Shown: positions 24,384-37,039 of the stretch, in pieces
Position numbering within the stretch: position 1 is the stretch's first letter
How the letters are laid out: every line of letters begins with the position of its first letter
NCBI GenBank assembly: GCA_965113315.1
Contig: OZ220365.1
DNA from: Podarcis vaucheri
Taxonomy: Eukaryota
Reading direction: 5' to 3' (one strand)
DNA: 64,000 nt
Made by a program: the position numbers and the translations under genes
Notes under the pieces: generated by a model
The model's database searches: none
The model's input: only the letters and a program-made list of their open reading frames with translations
What the model was told of the DNA's origin: nothing

Positions 24384-26558
24384 GTAAGTTTGATTATTTA
24401 AAAAAATCTGTGTAATTTCTTTAATTAAATCAGCATCTAATAATCACCTAGAGGTTATGCCTTCTGTGAATGGTTTTTAGCTGTTCCCAAAAGTAATTTG
24501 AAATCAATAGGCCAATGTGGTTCATCAAGGGGCGTCAGTGCAAAGTAATGCACTTATTTATTTGGAGAGGCATCCAAAATGGTACATTGTCACCTATACC
24601 TGGAAGTGAAACACTCCATTTTATTATCACAGAATTCTGTCATCTCGTTTGCTTTCTGTGTCTAATTATGTGGCCTTAGTCAAGTGACTTATATTTGAAT
24701 TTTACTCCTCCCTAACCTTGTGTTTGCTGGCATATGATATTATGCCAGGTTCCACTGGAGTCCACATTTCCAAGGTAGCTGTTAAAAGCTAACTTCTTTC
24801 ACTGCTTGGCTGCTATTTATAAGCTAGACTTTCTTACTTAAATTCATAATGGGCAAAATAATCAACATAAAATTTGGTTACTTTTTATAAGAATTGGAAT
24901 AATTGCTTTAACAATTACTAATAGGCTCATAAGTAGTTAGATCTTATATCCATCAAGGACAGCCTAGGGAGCTAAAAGTTGTAAATGGGCATTTTGATGA
25001 AAGTGTCCAGCTGCACAATCCTTCAGTCCTTCTCTTAACTTGAGCAAGTGGGTTACTGTCACCATTATTAGAAGCTACATTTTAATTTGTGTGAGAGGAA
25101 ACAAAGAGGCTGCTCCCATACTAAGTAGGTGTAGGAGAACTTGCACCAGGCAGGCTGCCTCCTGCCTCCCAGTCCATCACTTCCTGCAATGACTATGGGG
25201 CTATGTTTCATCATGGTTTATCCATGTTTTGAAGGTGGCTTGTTTAGCAAATGCCTGTTGCTTGTTGTAAGCTATGAGTCCTGGTTGCATATAACGCTAA
25301 GCGAAGATCCTTGGAAATGTAAACTTGGTTGAATTACCGACCACATGGGAGAAGGAGAGGTGGCAGAGTACCAGCTCTGTGTGCCTTGTCTTTACGGTGT
25401 TAAACCATAGTTTAGCATTGTATGCAAATGAGCCCTATGAATGGGTAAAGTCTCATGTAATAATTAAAAGCTGAACCCGCCTTAATTTTTAACTGACACT
25501 CCTTCACATGTTTTTGTTTAGGGTTTTTTTTTTTAAATCTGTGTTCTTATTTTGGAATTGAAGGATTATGTATCATCTGTTTCCCCCCCAAATATGGCTT
25601 CAAATACTTTTTGGAGAAATAACAAATATGTGAATTAAATCTGTCAGTCAACAGACAGAAAAATATTTTCTTGCAATGTTTGTGTTCTTTTAAAACTATG
25701 TTGTAATTTAGCCCATTGTTAAACTGTTTGTTTCCATAGTTGAGTAACACTTGTTCTGTTTTGGTTTATAAAAGTGCAGGATGTTATCACTTGCTGGTAA
25801 TTGCAGTTTTATTGCAACATAGCTCATTATTTGAACTGGGCTTTCTAAACACAGTTAAAAAAACATTCTGTTATGCACAATGTTATTTTTGAAGTATGTA
25901 TTTACAGATGTGTTCATATTCTATGGTGTTCTTCACTGCGTGGTGTTTCAGTTGCTGTTCATTCTATAATTGAGTATGCCAAAATTTCCTTACAGGTTGT
26001 TACAATTAGATTAATTGTTGCTATTTTGCTATTGTGTGGTTCTTCATAATGAACATTGGTTTTATTATCTTTAAAAAACATATGCAGACAAGGTTGGTAT
26101 GCCAGCTTGTCAGATCCATTTTCTAGAGGCTCAGACCAACATGTTTATGAAGATAAAAGTATACCAGTAAGTCAGGGAACAGCTTTGCTGATGTGTTTCT
26201 AGGAAAGTAACACAACAGAAATATCAATGAAGTTCTTCAGTAGCATTCCAAGGCTGTTTGTCATATGATCACGGGGAGGCTAAATTCAGTATTACAACAG
26301 AATAAATCCAGAACAATGTCAAAATATGATAAAAGGAGAGGACATGCATGGTGCTAATTAGAGGTTTTCAGTGTCTTGTTGGCAGGATGAAGAGTTGAAT
26401 CATTTTTTTCCTATTTTTGTCTTTCTTTGAACTTCCCCCCTTGTTTGCAGTATTCCATTTGTTTAACTGTTTCAGACTGCACTTCCATTCATGGTTACTT
26501 GACAACAAGCCCCATTGTGAGGTTGGATTTTTAATCTTCTGATTTGCTTAGATTACAT

Positions 26559-26764
26559 CAGAGCTTTCCAGACTTTTCATGTTGGTGATACACTTTTTAG
26601 ACATGCATCTTTTCATGACATAGTGATTCAGTTTTACTAGCAAACCAGAGGTTAAACTAACCCCTTTTCAGCCCTGGGAGGAGCGTAGGGAGCGTTTGTG
26701 TGACACACCTACACATTGCAGCCGACACACTAATGTGTCACGGCACATAGTTTGGAAAGCTCTG
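26559..26764. mobile_element. hAT MITE
   Basis: TIR CAGAGCTTTCCA/TGGAAAGCTCTG; perfect TSD GATTACAT. Confidence 0.92.
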
Positions 26765-27014
26765 GATTACATGGACTTCTTTAGGTTCATTTGAAATGCT
26801 ATTTTACTTAAGGCAGCCTGTCCCAACTAGTTGTCCTCCTGATATTTTAGGCTACAACTCCTTTCAGCTTGGGTCTGATGGAAGTTATAGCTCAAAACGT
26901 CTGAAAGACACCAGGTTGGGTAATGTTAAGACACTGTATTGTTTTTCTTGTTTCAGTGATGTGACTGATACATTTCTTGGTTCTCTAGTCTTTTGCTAGA
27001 GTAGACATTTTAAA

Positions 27015-27357
27015 TGCTGTGGGTTAAACCACAGAGCCTAGGACTTGCTGATCAGAAGGTTGGCGGTTCGAATTCCCACGACAGGGTGAGCTCCTGTTGC
27101 TCGGTCCCTGCTCCTGCCAACCTAGCAGTTCGAAAGCATGTCAAAGTGCAAGTAGATAAATAGGTACTGCTCCGGCGGGAAGGTAAACGGCGTTTCCATG
27201 TGCTGCTCTGGTTCGCCAGAAGCGGCTTAGTCATGCTGGCCACATGACCCGGAAGCTGTACGCCGGCTTCCTCAACCAATAAAGCAAGATGAGCGCTGCA
27301 ACCCCAGAGTCGGTCACGACTGGACCTAATGGTCAGGGGTCCCTTTACCTTTACCTT
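27015..27357 (+). mobile_element. Sauria SINE (Squam1)
   Basis: tRNA-like head with GGTTCGAAT B box, body, (ACCTTT)n tail. Confidence 0.92.
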
Positions 27358-28366
27358 AAGCAGTTTCTGTATTCTCTGACATCCCTTCATTCCCCAGATA
27401 GTAGTCAGAGGGTCAGAACTGTATTTACTCATATTAGCTGAACTTCTCATGACTTGCCAGTATCCTGAATATTTATTTACAACTTTAAAACATTTTTTTT
27501 TCTTTTATAAGTGAAACTGTAGACAATTTTGTTGCCTTGAGTAACGTTTAATAGCTCTGTTAGGGGCCAGATTAAATTGCCTCAGGAAGTGAACGTGTCT
27601 GATAACCTACCCATTGTCCACCATTGTTCTAAGCATTTCCCCTAACATATAATATTGCTTTCTGACCAGGTTCATAGGTAACATTGTTGCTCCAACAAAC
27701 AATGGTTTAATGGAGCAGGAACAAGCTACCAGTTTGAGCATTTCCTCTTTCCTTTCCTTTCTCTTCTCCTCCTGCTCTTTTTACTTGAGATAGACTACCT
27801 GGTTTGGTGAATCAGTTTCCCATGACATCCAAAGTAGGACTCGTTTGAGTGCAACTTGTGTGCAAATCAGAACAAAAATGATGGTTTCCAGTGTTGGTTT
27901 CTAGCACTTTGAACTCGTTATGAATATAGAACAACTGATCTTGTGACGCTTAAGTCGTGCAATGATGGAAGAAATTTAACCATTTAATGGTTCTTTAACT
28001 TATTTGACTTACTTTAAGTATGTAAAAAAATCCCCTAGAGAGCTCCAGCATTCCATCAAGGGATACCACTTACAAGAACAAGATGCACAACAGCAGAAGC
28101 CATGTGCGCTAACTAGCTAGTAAGTTACTGGACCTTGGAGAATGCTCAGACGAGACTATACTGTGAGATTCAAATGGCAAAATTGTCTGTCTCATATGGT
28201 CAGATGCCCATATGGTGATTAGGACTGGTGACCATAGAATTACCAGGAAGTCGGAGGGTCATGGAGTAAAACCAGCACACCCAGTTGTGGGGATGAGGAC
28301 CCAGTCTTGAATTTATTACACAGGTATTGTTGGCTAGTCAGCCTGTTCTCTCAGCTATGTTAGAGC

Positions 28367-28433
28367 TATTATATTATATTATATTATATTATATTATATT
28401 ATATTATATTATATTATATTATATTATATTATA
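28367..28433. repeat. (TATTA)n pentanucleotide microsatellite
   Basis: About 13 perfect units. Confidence 0.95.
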
Positions 28434-30151
28434 GCTATTATGTTAAATGGATGTTGTATTAAAATGGAAAGAACTCAAAGTTAAGAAAGGCTCTTTTATG
28501 ACTGAATGCAGCAGAAGTTCACAGTTTCCTAAATACAGTTCGGAGACTGGGAGTGTGCTGTGGGCTTGTGTGTGCACCATCCTCTTCTCTGCATGTGAAT
28601 TCTACCTTCCCTTCCGTGGCTTTCTTTAATGCCAATCAGGTTTTACATGTGCATTAGCACTAACTAGGACGATGAGGGATGAAAACCCACTTACTGGTTT
28701 TATGATAGCAGCCCTGGTTTACCATGCCTAATGCTAATTCACACATAAAACAAACTATGAAGGAGAGGGTGGCTTTTATTTTGCGTGTAGTGTAGGAGAG
28801 TATGTGTCACTCTTCGTTGCCTTCTCCCACAAAGAACAGCTATTGCCCATTATTCTTTGTTCATTGTCCCAGCCATTCAGCTGTGGTGTAGCATATCACA
28901 TTTTCCGTCCTCTTGAACTTGTTTTGTGGCTCGATTGAATGCAGCTGTAGCATGTTGATTCTGGACATGTAGGTGATTTTTGCTGGTACAGTAGGTTGCT
29001 GGGTGATTTAACTGGCAGACAGAATAGTTTCCAACACAGTGGCTACATGAATAAAAGGTTTTTAAAACTTACTTATGCTACCCAAATACTGAAAAGAAAG
29101 ATATTGTCAGTTTTCCAGTTATAGATCATTTATTGCTTCTGGTATTTTTGACTATAAATTCTTTGGAACAAGAGTTGTCATTTAGTTTTATATTTACACA
29201 GCATCTGGAACAGCACGTTCCTAACCTAGCTAAGTGCACTCTGTCTCGTATATTCTGACCAGAATATTTATTACTGGAGTTTGCAGAGTTTTGTGTTATT
29301 GTAGCTTACTTTAAAGAATGCATAACCACAGTAACTTGTTGTAACACAAGTTTGTCTTCTTTTGAAATCGCAACTTAAACTGCAAGTGCCAAACATCTTT
29401 TTTGTGTATGTAGATCTAAGTGATATATTGCTTAACTTGAGTCCTGGGATCAGTACCTTACAAGCATTACACAAGTTTGCCTAGAATCCTGGACAACAAC
29501 TAATTTTATGGGAGAACCACTTTGAGGAGAGGGTGGAGATTGGTGGGCAAGTCAGCAACTCCTGGTGCCACAGCCTCCAGTTGCTTCTGCACTTTTCTTG
29601 CCAACTGGCATTTGACCACAGAATTGGCCCTGATTTTTTGGCTAGAAGCTTTTTCTTTCCTTGTTTGTTCTCCAAAATGTTGAGGATTTCAGACTAAAAC
29701 TCTTATATCTAAATATTCTAATTTTAAGATGTCATTTTCATTGGACTCTGAATACAGCAGCATGGAATCTGAAATATTAAACATTAACAAATAATAGTTC
29801 ACTATAAAATGCCTGTAGTCAGAGGAAATAAAGCTTCTGATAACAGTACTGCACACAGAGGAAATACTCTGAGATGAATCGTAGCTCTCTGATATTTGTG
29901 CTGACAGATTCTGCAATGCCACTGTTACATTTCCCAGTTATTGCCATTGACACTTCCCTCTCTTGCTTGTCCAACAGCTCCATGATTCAGTGGCTGGCTA
30001 AACAGAAAGGGGAGCAGGGGCTATCTTCAAACTGGTTGCTTTGCTATTCACTAGTGAAAAGAACCCTACCTCTTTCAGGGTGTGGGTGTGTGCAGTCATA
30101 TTCTGAAGGACTTCATTTCACATCAACAACCACAACTCAGCCAAATAGCTC

Positions 30152-30901
30152 AGGCCCAACAGACAGTGGCAGAACTTCATGCTCTGGCACCGGGGGCGGA
30201 GAACAGGTGGGGCGGGGCTGGCACGCATCCTGGGGGTGGGGCGCGTGTTCTGGGGTGGGGCACACAACCTGCGGGGGTGCCCAGCACTGGCGGGGGCAGC
30301 CGCGATGGAACCCCACTGGGATCATGCTCCCCCCGCCCCCCTCTTCCTCCGCCAGTGCCAACAGAGACTCAATTTCCTCAGGGTCTTGCGAAAGAACAAT
30401 GTTAAACAACAATTGATGACTTCCTTCTACCAGTCCACAACAGAAAGTGTCCGCTCATATTGTATCACAGTGTGGTACGTTGGCTTGACAGCCACGGACA
30501 GAAAGTCTTTACAGAGTGTGGTGAACACAGCACATCATATCACGGGCTGTCCCCTGAGCCCACTAGATGACATTGCAAGGGACCAATGCCTTAGGAGAGC
30601 GAGAAAAATTCTCCGGGATGATTCACACCCCGGGCAGCACCTCTTTAATCTTCTACCCTCGGGCAGGATATATAGAAGTATAATCAGTCATACCAACAGG
30701 CTAAAAAACAGTTTCTATCTGTGGGCTGTTTGGCTGCTGAACGGAAAATAATATAGTGCAACTGACTTTCGGGGTTGGTGTGTTGTGCGACAAACACACA
30801 GAGTGCAATGAGATTGAGTGTTGGGGAGGGAGGGAAGCTCGGTTAATTTCATTGTACACAGGTTGTACATTGACAATAAAGGTATTATTATTATTATTAT
30901 T
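30152..30901 (+). mobile_element. 5'-truncated Rex1/Babar LINE (ORF C-terminus, 3' UTR and (TAT)n tail)
   Basis: AQQRLNFLRVLRK...ITVWY...HPGQHLFNLLPSGRIYRS...TNRLKNSFY; 3' end TTCATTGTAC...GACAATAAAGG(TAT)n. Confidence 0.9.
30164..30357. mobile_element. GC-rich hAT MITE nested in Rex1
   Basis: Imperfect TIR CAGTGGCAGAA/CTCCGCCAGTG; perfect TSD CCAACAGA at 30156-30163 and 30358-30365. Confidence 0.88.
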
Positions 30902-31240
30902 AGAGCACAAGATTCTTAATCTCAGGGTTGTGAGTTCGGGCCCCATATTGGGCGAAGATTCCTGCATTGCAGGGCGTTCGACTAGATGACCCTCATGGTC
31001 CCTCCCAACTCTACAATTCCATGATTCTATCATTTAAAATCAAGGGAATTGAGTGAGTCCTAAAACCTCTCTATTTCTATGAAATATCAGAGAAAGATGA
31101 ACTGGAATAGGTACTTAGGGCTGGTAAATGAGTATAAATGAGTATAAAATCCACCCTCTTTGGAACTAGCAGGATGGTCTATAGTTAGTTCTAGCCAATG
31201 GCTTAGCAGTTGAGAACCAATGATATACTGGAAGGCATTA

Positions 31241-31583
31241 CAGTGGTGCCCCGCAAGACGAATGCCTCACAAGACGGAAAACCCGCTAGACGAAAGGGTT
31301 TTCCGTTTTTGAGCTGCTTCACAAGACGATTTTCCCTATGGGCTTGCTTTGCAAGACGAAAACGTCTTGCAAGTGTTCCGATTTTTTTTCACTCCCCCCC
31401 TTTTCTAAGCCGCTAAGCCGCTAATAGCCTTTTAGCCGCTAATCCGCTAATCCTTTAATAGCCGCTAAACCGCTAATAGCGCTAATCCGCTAAGCCGCTA
31501 ATAGGGTTGCTTCGCAAGACGAAAAAACCGCTAGACGAAGAGACTCGAGGAACGGATTAATTTCGTCTTGCGAGGCACCACTG
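31241..31583. mobile_element. Tigger/pogo-type MITE with internal minisatellite
   Basis: TA-CAGTGGTGCCCCGCAAGACGAA...TTCGTCTTGCGAGGCACCACTG-TA; (AANCCGCT)n at 31405-31504. Confidence 0.92.
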
Positions 31584-32640
31584 TACCATCTTTTGATATC
31601 CCTTAGCAAGCAGTGGTGAAGCCATACAATAGACAAACATGCATCACATCCTTCTTCTTATTCGTGTAGGTGGCTTGACATCGAGGTCGGTAGAGTCTAT
31701 TTGCAGCATGGTGGGGGAAGAAAATAATGCCCTTTTTGAATACCACTTTGACATGATTATAGGGTTTTTATTTAGCATGTTCTGGGTTTGTTTTCTTTCC
31801 TCCTTTTTAAATCTCACTGAAAAATGAAGTGTCAGAACTATAAAGATTAAAGTGGTGTGTTGTTGTTTTTTTAAAAAAGACACTCAGCTATGGAGCCACA
31901 GATCTGAAATTGTATCAAGGATTACTATGTTTTCCCTCAAACTGCTATTATAAGGCATAGTATCTTTTAAAATTTATTTTGACACAAAATCCAGATTGCC
32001 CAAGCATTCAAATTAATGTAAACTGCTTAAATTATAAACACTGCACATCTTTTTCAGGCCAATTTCTGACAGCTTTTGTGGAAAAAATGTATGCAGTGTG
32101 TATTTGCACTGAAAAAAATCCATGCTGCTAAGTGTATATATAAAGAACTGCACATATCCATGAAATGAAGAGCATTGCTAAATAGGGTTTATACTACAGA
32201 TTTGGCAGGGAGACAAAAGATGTAATAATGAGATATTTTGTTTATTTTAATGAAAATAACTTTTATCTCCAAATGAGGAAGGATATTTAAATGTATCTCC
32301 TTGAAAACATCTGTTTCAAAACTTTAAAATGACGGTAAACTTTATGTTTCTCATAAGCATTGCTACTTGAAAGTTGAATTAGTCAGTACTATGCCATATT
32401 TCACTCTGATTCTAAAGGGTGTCTATGATGGATAGAATGGAAGTACAAAGATGCCAGAAAAATAGTTTAGAGAAGGGGTGTGACTGAAATATTAATAGTT
32501 GACAACTTTCATCAGCATGTATTTTGCATACTTTGATCTCCAGTTTATTTTTAGCCAAAAATAAAAAAGCTCCCTGAATAAAAGCTTGAAACACTTCAAG
32601 ACTTGATTAGTTCTTGAGTGAAAAATAAAGTTTGTATGTA

Positions 32641-32882
32641 CAGTTGTACCTTGGTTCTCAAACGCCTTGGTACTCACACGTTTTGGCTCCTGAATGCTGC
32701 AAACCCAGAAGTTAGTGTTCTGGTTTGTGAAACTTTTTCAGAAGCCGAACGTCCGATGAGGCTTCCACTTGACTGCAGGAAGGTCCTGCAGCCAATTGGA
32801 AGCCGTGCCTTGGTTTGCGAACCATTTCGGGAGTCAAATGGACTCCCGGAACTCATTAAGTTCGAGAACCAAGGTTCCACAG
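32641..32882. mobile_element. Tigger/pogo-type MITE
   Basis: TA-CAGTTGTACCTTGGTTCTC...GAGAACCAAGGTTCCACAG-TA. Confidence 0.88.
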
Positions 32883-33060
32883 TATCTACCTTTGTGCTTT
32901 TCTTCTGTTTCACCTCGTTCCATAGTTATTGAAGGACCACCTCATTTAATGGCTAATGCAGGACTATATATAATGTAGGAGCAGTTAAGATTCTTTTGGT
33001 GCAAAGGCCCTATTTACCCATTCAAGGCCTCTCTTATAAAGTGGCAATTTTTACCATTTA

Positions 33061-33303
33061 CAGTGGTTCCCTTGGGTTAAGTACGTAATTTGTTCCAGAG
33101 GTCCATACTTAACCTGAAACTGTTCTTAACCTGAAGCAGCACTTTAGCCATTGGGGCCTCCTCCTGCTGCCATGCTGCTGGAGCCCGATTTCTGTTCTCA
33201 TCCTGAAGCAAAGTTCTTAACCTGAAGCACTATTTCTGGGTTAGCGGAGTCTGTAACCTGAACCGTATATAACCTGAAGCGTATGTAACCCGAGGTACCA
33301 CTG
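33061..33303. mobile_element. Tigger/pogo-type MITE
   Basis: TA-CAGTGG...CCGAGGTACCACTG-TA; repeated TAACCTGAA subterminal motifs. Confidence 0.9.
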
Positions 33304-33835
33304 TATTTTTAACTTGATTATTTGAACTCAGTACTTCAAAGTCTTTGTGTTCCCCAATCAGAATTCCCTCATTTCTTTTAAGTCTGTTGAAATCAGATTT
33401 GGTCCATGAAGGATTACTCAGTTAGCTTTATATTGCCAAAGTAACATGCCTCTCCTGAATCTAGGGAGAGAAATGTAACAATTTTTATATATCTGTACAA
33501 CATGCTACCCTGTCACAAATTCATGAATGCCTTACTATGAAACTTTGTAGCATGACAAAAACTTGCTACAGTCCATTTTAGCATGGTTACTTTTTTTAGA
33601 TTATGTCTTTGATGTGTTTCTGTTTGAGATACAGATATAATTAACTAAATAAAGCAATTCTGGAACCATATTAAAGTTCAACTACCTAAGAGAAAAGCAT
33701 TCCAGTCTCTAGTCACATTGTAACTTCCAAAAAGGGCATCTGCAGAACAAGTGGTACTCTGCAGGTGGTTGCCTAGCATTCTTTCTCTAGCTAGCTCTCC
33801 TTTTGCTAGTTCCTCAACTCTTTCTTCTCCTAATC

Positions 33836-33961
33836 CAGTGATGGCCCTCCAGCTATATTGGGACTACAGTTCCCATCATCCCTGACCACTGGTCCTGTTA
33901 GCTAGGGATGATGGGAGTTGTAGTCCCAAAACAGCTGGAGGGCCAAGTTTGGCCATCACTG
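33836..33961. mobile_element. Hairpin hAT MITE
   Basis: TIR CAGTGATGGCC; perfect TSD TCCTAATC; near-palindromic body. Confidence 0.92.
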
Positions 33962-34179
33962 TCCTAATCCATATCTTCTTGTGATGGTAATTGGCTGGAT
34001 TTTTAAGTTTTGCTGGCATCATCATCATCACCACCACCATCATCACCATTATTCCCCGCCCAGTTTAACTAGACAAATATCATTTTTTACAAAACAGAAA
34101 CTCTTCCCCCTCCAGTCTCAGAACATCTTCTTCGTATTGTTCCATACCATGCGGGAATGACTTTCATTTGGGGCAATTT

Positions 34180-34510
34180 GGACATGATGAGGGTGAATAA
34201 ACTGAAGCTCCAGCCAGGCAAGTTTAAACCTGACATTGGAATAGATGTGCAACCTGTTCTGTGCAGGGTTACACTTTCATTGACTCAGCTGATGTACAAT
34301 TTGGGAGTATTCCTGGAACTATCCTTGCTCAGGTAGTGGTAGTGCCCACAAGAACCCTTTACTAGCTTCAACTAGCATGCCACATATGCTCTTCCCTGAG
34401 GAATATGTACCTATCCTCAATCTCAGTTCCATCTTGAATGATCGTAGTTCATCTTGGAGCAAATATCGAAGATAGTCCAGAAACTTTGACAGTTCAAAAT
34501 GTGGCTACAG
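34180..34510 (+). mobile_element. Degraded L2 fragment
   Basis: gaataaactgaagctccagccaggcaag (NKLKL-P-K-like L2 RT text). Confidence 0.55.
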
Positions 34511-35430
34511 AGTCGTATCCTAGTTTAAGCGGAGCCAGCTTAATATCACATTTTGTCAACTGAGATTAAATTATCGTTTTGCACTTTAGATGTAACAAAC
34601 AAACAAACGAAAATATAGTTTAGTAAACTGCGGAAGCGTTGAATTACAGCAAGACAGAGTAAGAAGTTGTGAGAATGTGAGGACCAAGCCCAAGAAACTG
34701 ATCACTCAAGAATTGCCCAGTTTCAGTGCAATGCTACAAAGTTCGAAAATATTCTGCTAATCCTAAAGTGGACAAACAACTGTTTCACTCTGACAATGTG
34801 ATATAACATAGAACACCCCCCCATAACTTCTTTTTGAAACAAAGGTGGAATATATGCCTAATAACGAGGCAGAAAACAAATACTTATGAGAATTCTGGTA
34901 TTTTTGTTTTCAGCAGATACTGGCTTTCTTTGGCATCTTATTGTGTTCTTTTCTTTGACATTTTGCTATTGTAGATTACGCTGAGCCATCTGGCAAATGC
35001 TTAGGCTTCCAGATAAATGAGTTGGAGGCCTTTTGCCTCTCTCATGGCACCAGACTCACTGTTGACCTACACATGGCCCCATCCTCCTAGGGAAGAAAAG
35101 GAAGGTTTTGCTTTTTTCTTTTTTTTTAGCATGGCTTATTTATAACTTTACTCATAAACAGAGTGCACAAAAATACTTTCCCCCTCTTCTTTTACATAAC
35201 ATATGTTGAGTATTTGAGCTGAACAAACCAAATACAATCTTCTTTTGAAAACTAGTAAGTCTTATCAAGAGAATGATTACTTCATCAAGCTGAAATGTTT
35301 CCATTGATATGATGTCAGGAATATGATATAATTATGGGAGAAGCCATAATTCATCATTACATATGCAAGTCAACAAGACAGGGATCAACCCCCCCCCCCC
35401 GAGACAGCATACAGTTGATATGGTTTATCT

Positions 35431-35566
35431 CAGGCACCCCCAACCTTCGGCCTTCCAGATGTTTTGGACTACAATTCCCATCATGCCTGACCACTGGTCC
35501 TGTTAGCTAGGGATCATGGGAGTTGTAGGCAAAAACATCTGGAGGGTTGCAAGTGGGGGATGCCTG
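35431..35566. mobile_element. Hairpin hAT MITE
   Basis: CAGGCACCCC/GGGGATGCCTG; perfect TSD GTTTATCT. Confidence 0.92.
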
Positions 35567-35682
35567 GTTTATCTCATCCAGCAACACACACTGCAAACCA
35601 CTCCCTGGGCCCTCTGGTGTCTCACATTGCCAACAAAAAGTAGCAGTTCACTTGATGCTGGCATAAAAGCTTCCTTTATATA

Positions 35683-35908
35683 TAGTGGTACCTCAGGTTA
35701 CATACGCTTCAGACTACAGACTCCACTAACCCAGAAATAGTACCTCGGATTAAGAATTTTGCTTCAGGATGAGAACAGAAATCACGCAGCAGCGGCACAG
35801 CAGCAGTGGGAGACCCCATTAGCTAAAGTGGTGCTTCAGGTTAAGAACAGTTTCAGGTTAAGAACGGACCTCCAGAACGAATTAAGTACTTAACCCGAGG
35901 TACCACTG
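35683..35908. mobile_element. Tigger/pogo-type MITE, inverted relative to 33061-33303
   Basis: Body is the reverse complement of the 33061 copy; TA flanks. Confidence 0.9.
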
Positions 35909-36891
35909 TACTATGTAAAATAATGAAACATTACTATCTTCTCTCTCTCTTCCCACTTCTCTTTCCCCCAGCCACATATTGCTTACAACAGTAATGTCTC
36001 ACTTTGAATGTGACTTGAAAACAAAGACTGTATGTGCATTGCTACCCAAGAAAAATATTTATATATGTGAATTATCGGAGAAGGTATGTAGGATACCTTT
36101 TTGCAACCTCTGGCTACATTTTGCACTGATCTCTGTCTTCTGCATTTAGAACTTTATTTTTGTGAAATTGGAAATGGTGATTGGTTTCTTCTAAAACAGT
36201 GTACAGTACTCAAAAGCTAGTATAAAATACAGACTGTGAAAAGGGATCCCTCTCCTTCTTTGGAAATTTCCCCACTGACAGTTGGAAGGGGGTTAATCAG
36301 TGATGTTTGCCGGGTAGCAATAAGGTTTTTGGGTTTTTTTACCTAGGAGGGAGGAATCAATTACAAGGTTCTCTAAAGAGTTTCTTATTCCATTCTTCTT
36401 TTAAAAACCTGTTTAAATGTAAAAATGGCTTCAAGAAGATGGGGGCAGCCATCTTTTCCCCCATACAGTTTGCTACTGCTAAAAATGACACTGTATGGGG
36501 TTTGAGGGGGGTTTGCTTCAGTTCACATTTAAAGGTGAAGCTACCAAATTCACACTTTGCAGGACAATGTGAGAATCAAAGCATAGCCCGCCTTCAAAAT
36601 TTGCACTTCATTGAATTTTGCTGTGCAGTTCTCCAGCCAAGTAACGCGTACAAAATTGCATACATTGGGGTAAGTGTGTATAAAAATGCATATATTCACG
36701 GAAGCATTCAAAAATGTGTTAAATTAAGGGAAATTGCTTGAAAAAGGTTGACATTATTTTTCATCTTAAAAGATGTAAGGAATATCCAGTCATGCCAGCA
36801 AAGATTTCCATGGCTACACTAATCAGAGAGTGAAGGTTTATAAACCAATGTTTATATTCCATAGATAACATATTTATTCCTCCACTTTCAG

Positions 36892-37039
36892 TGCTCTAGC
36901 TGGCTATAATGGCACCATATTTGCTTATGGACAGACGGGCAGTGGCAAGACCTTTACCATAACAGGAGGAGCAGAACGTTACAGTGATAGGGGCATAATT
37001 CCACGGACACTATCTTACATATTTCAGCAGTTGCAGAAG
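36892..37039 (+). CDS. KIF6: KIF6 exon 4, P-loop ([49 protein letters not shown])
   Basis: Acceptor ctttcag|, donor AAG|gtacag; kinesin Walker A motif. Confidence 0.97.

Larger units (their letters stand above)
30140..31030 (+). mobile_element. tRNA-Lys-like SINE with CR1-type tail, split by Rex1 insertion (pieces 30140-30153 and ~30900-31030)
   Basis: GCCAAATAGCTCAG...[insert]...TTAGAGCACAAGATTCTTAATCTCAGGGTTGTGAGTTCG...atgattctat. Confidence 0.8.
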
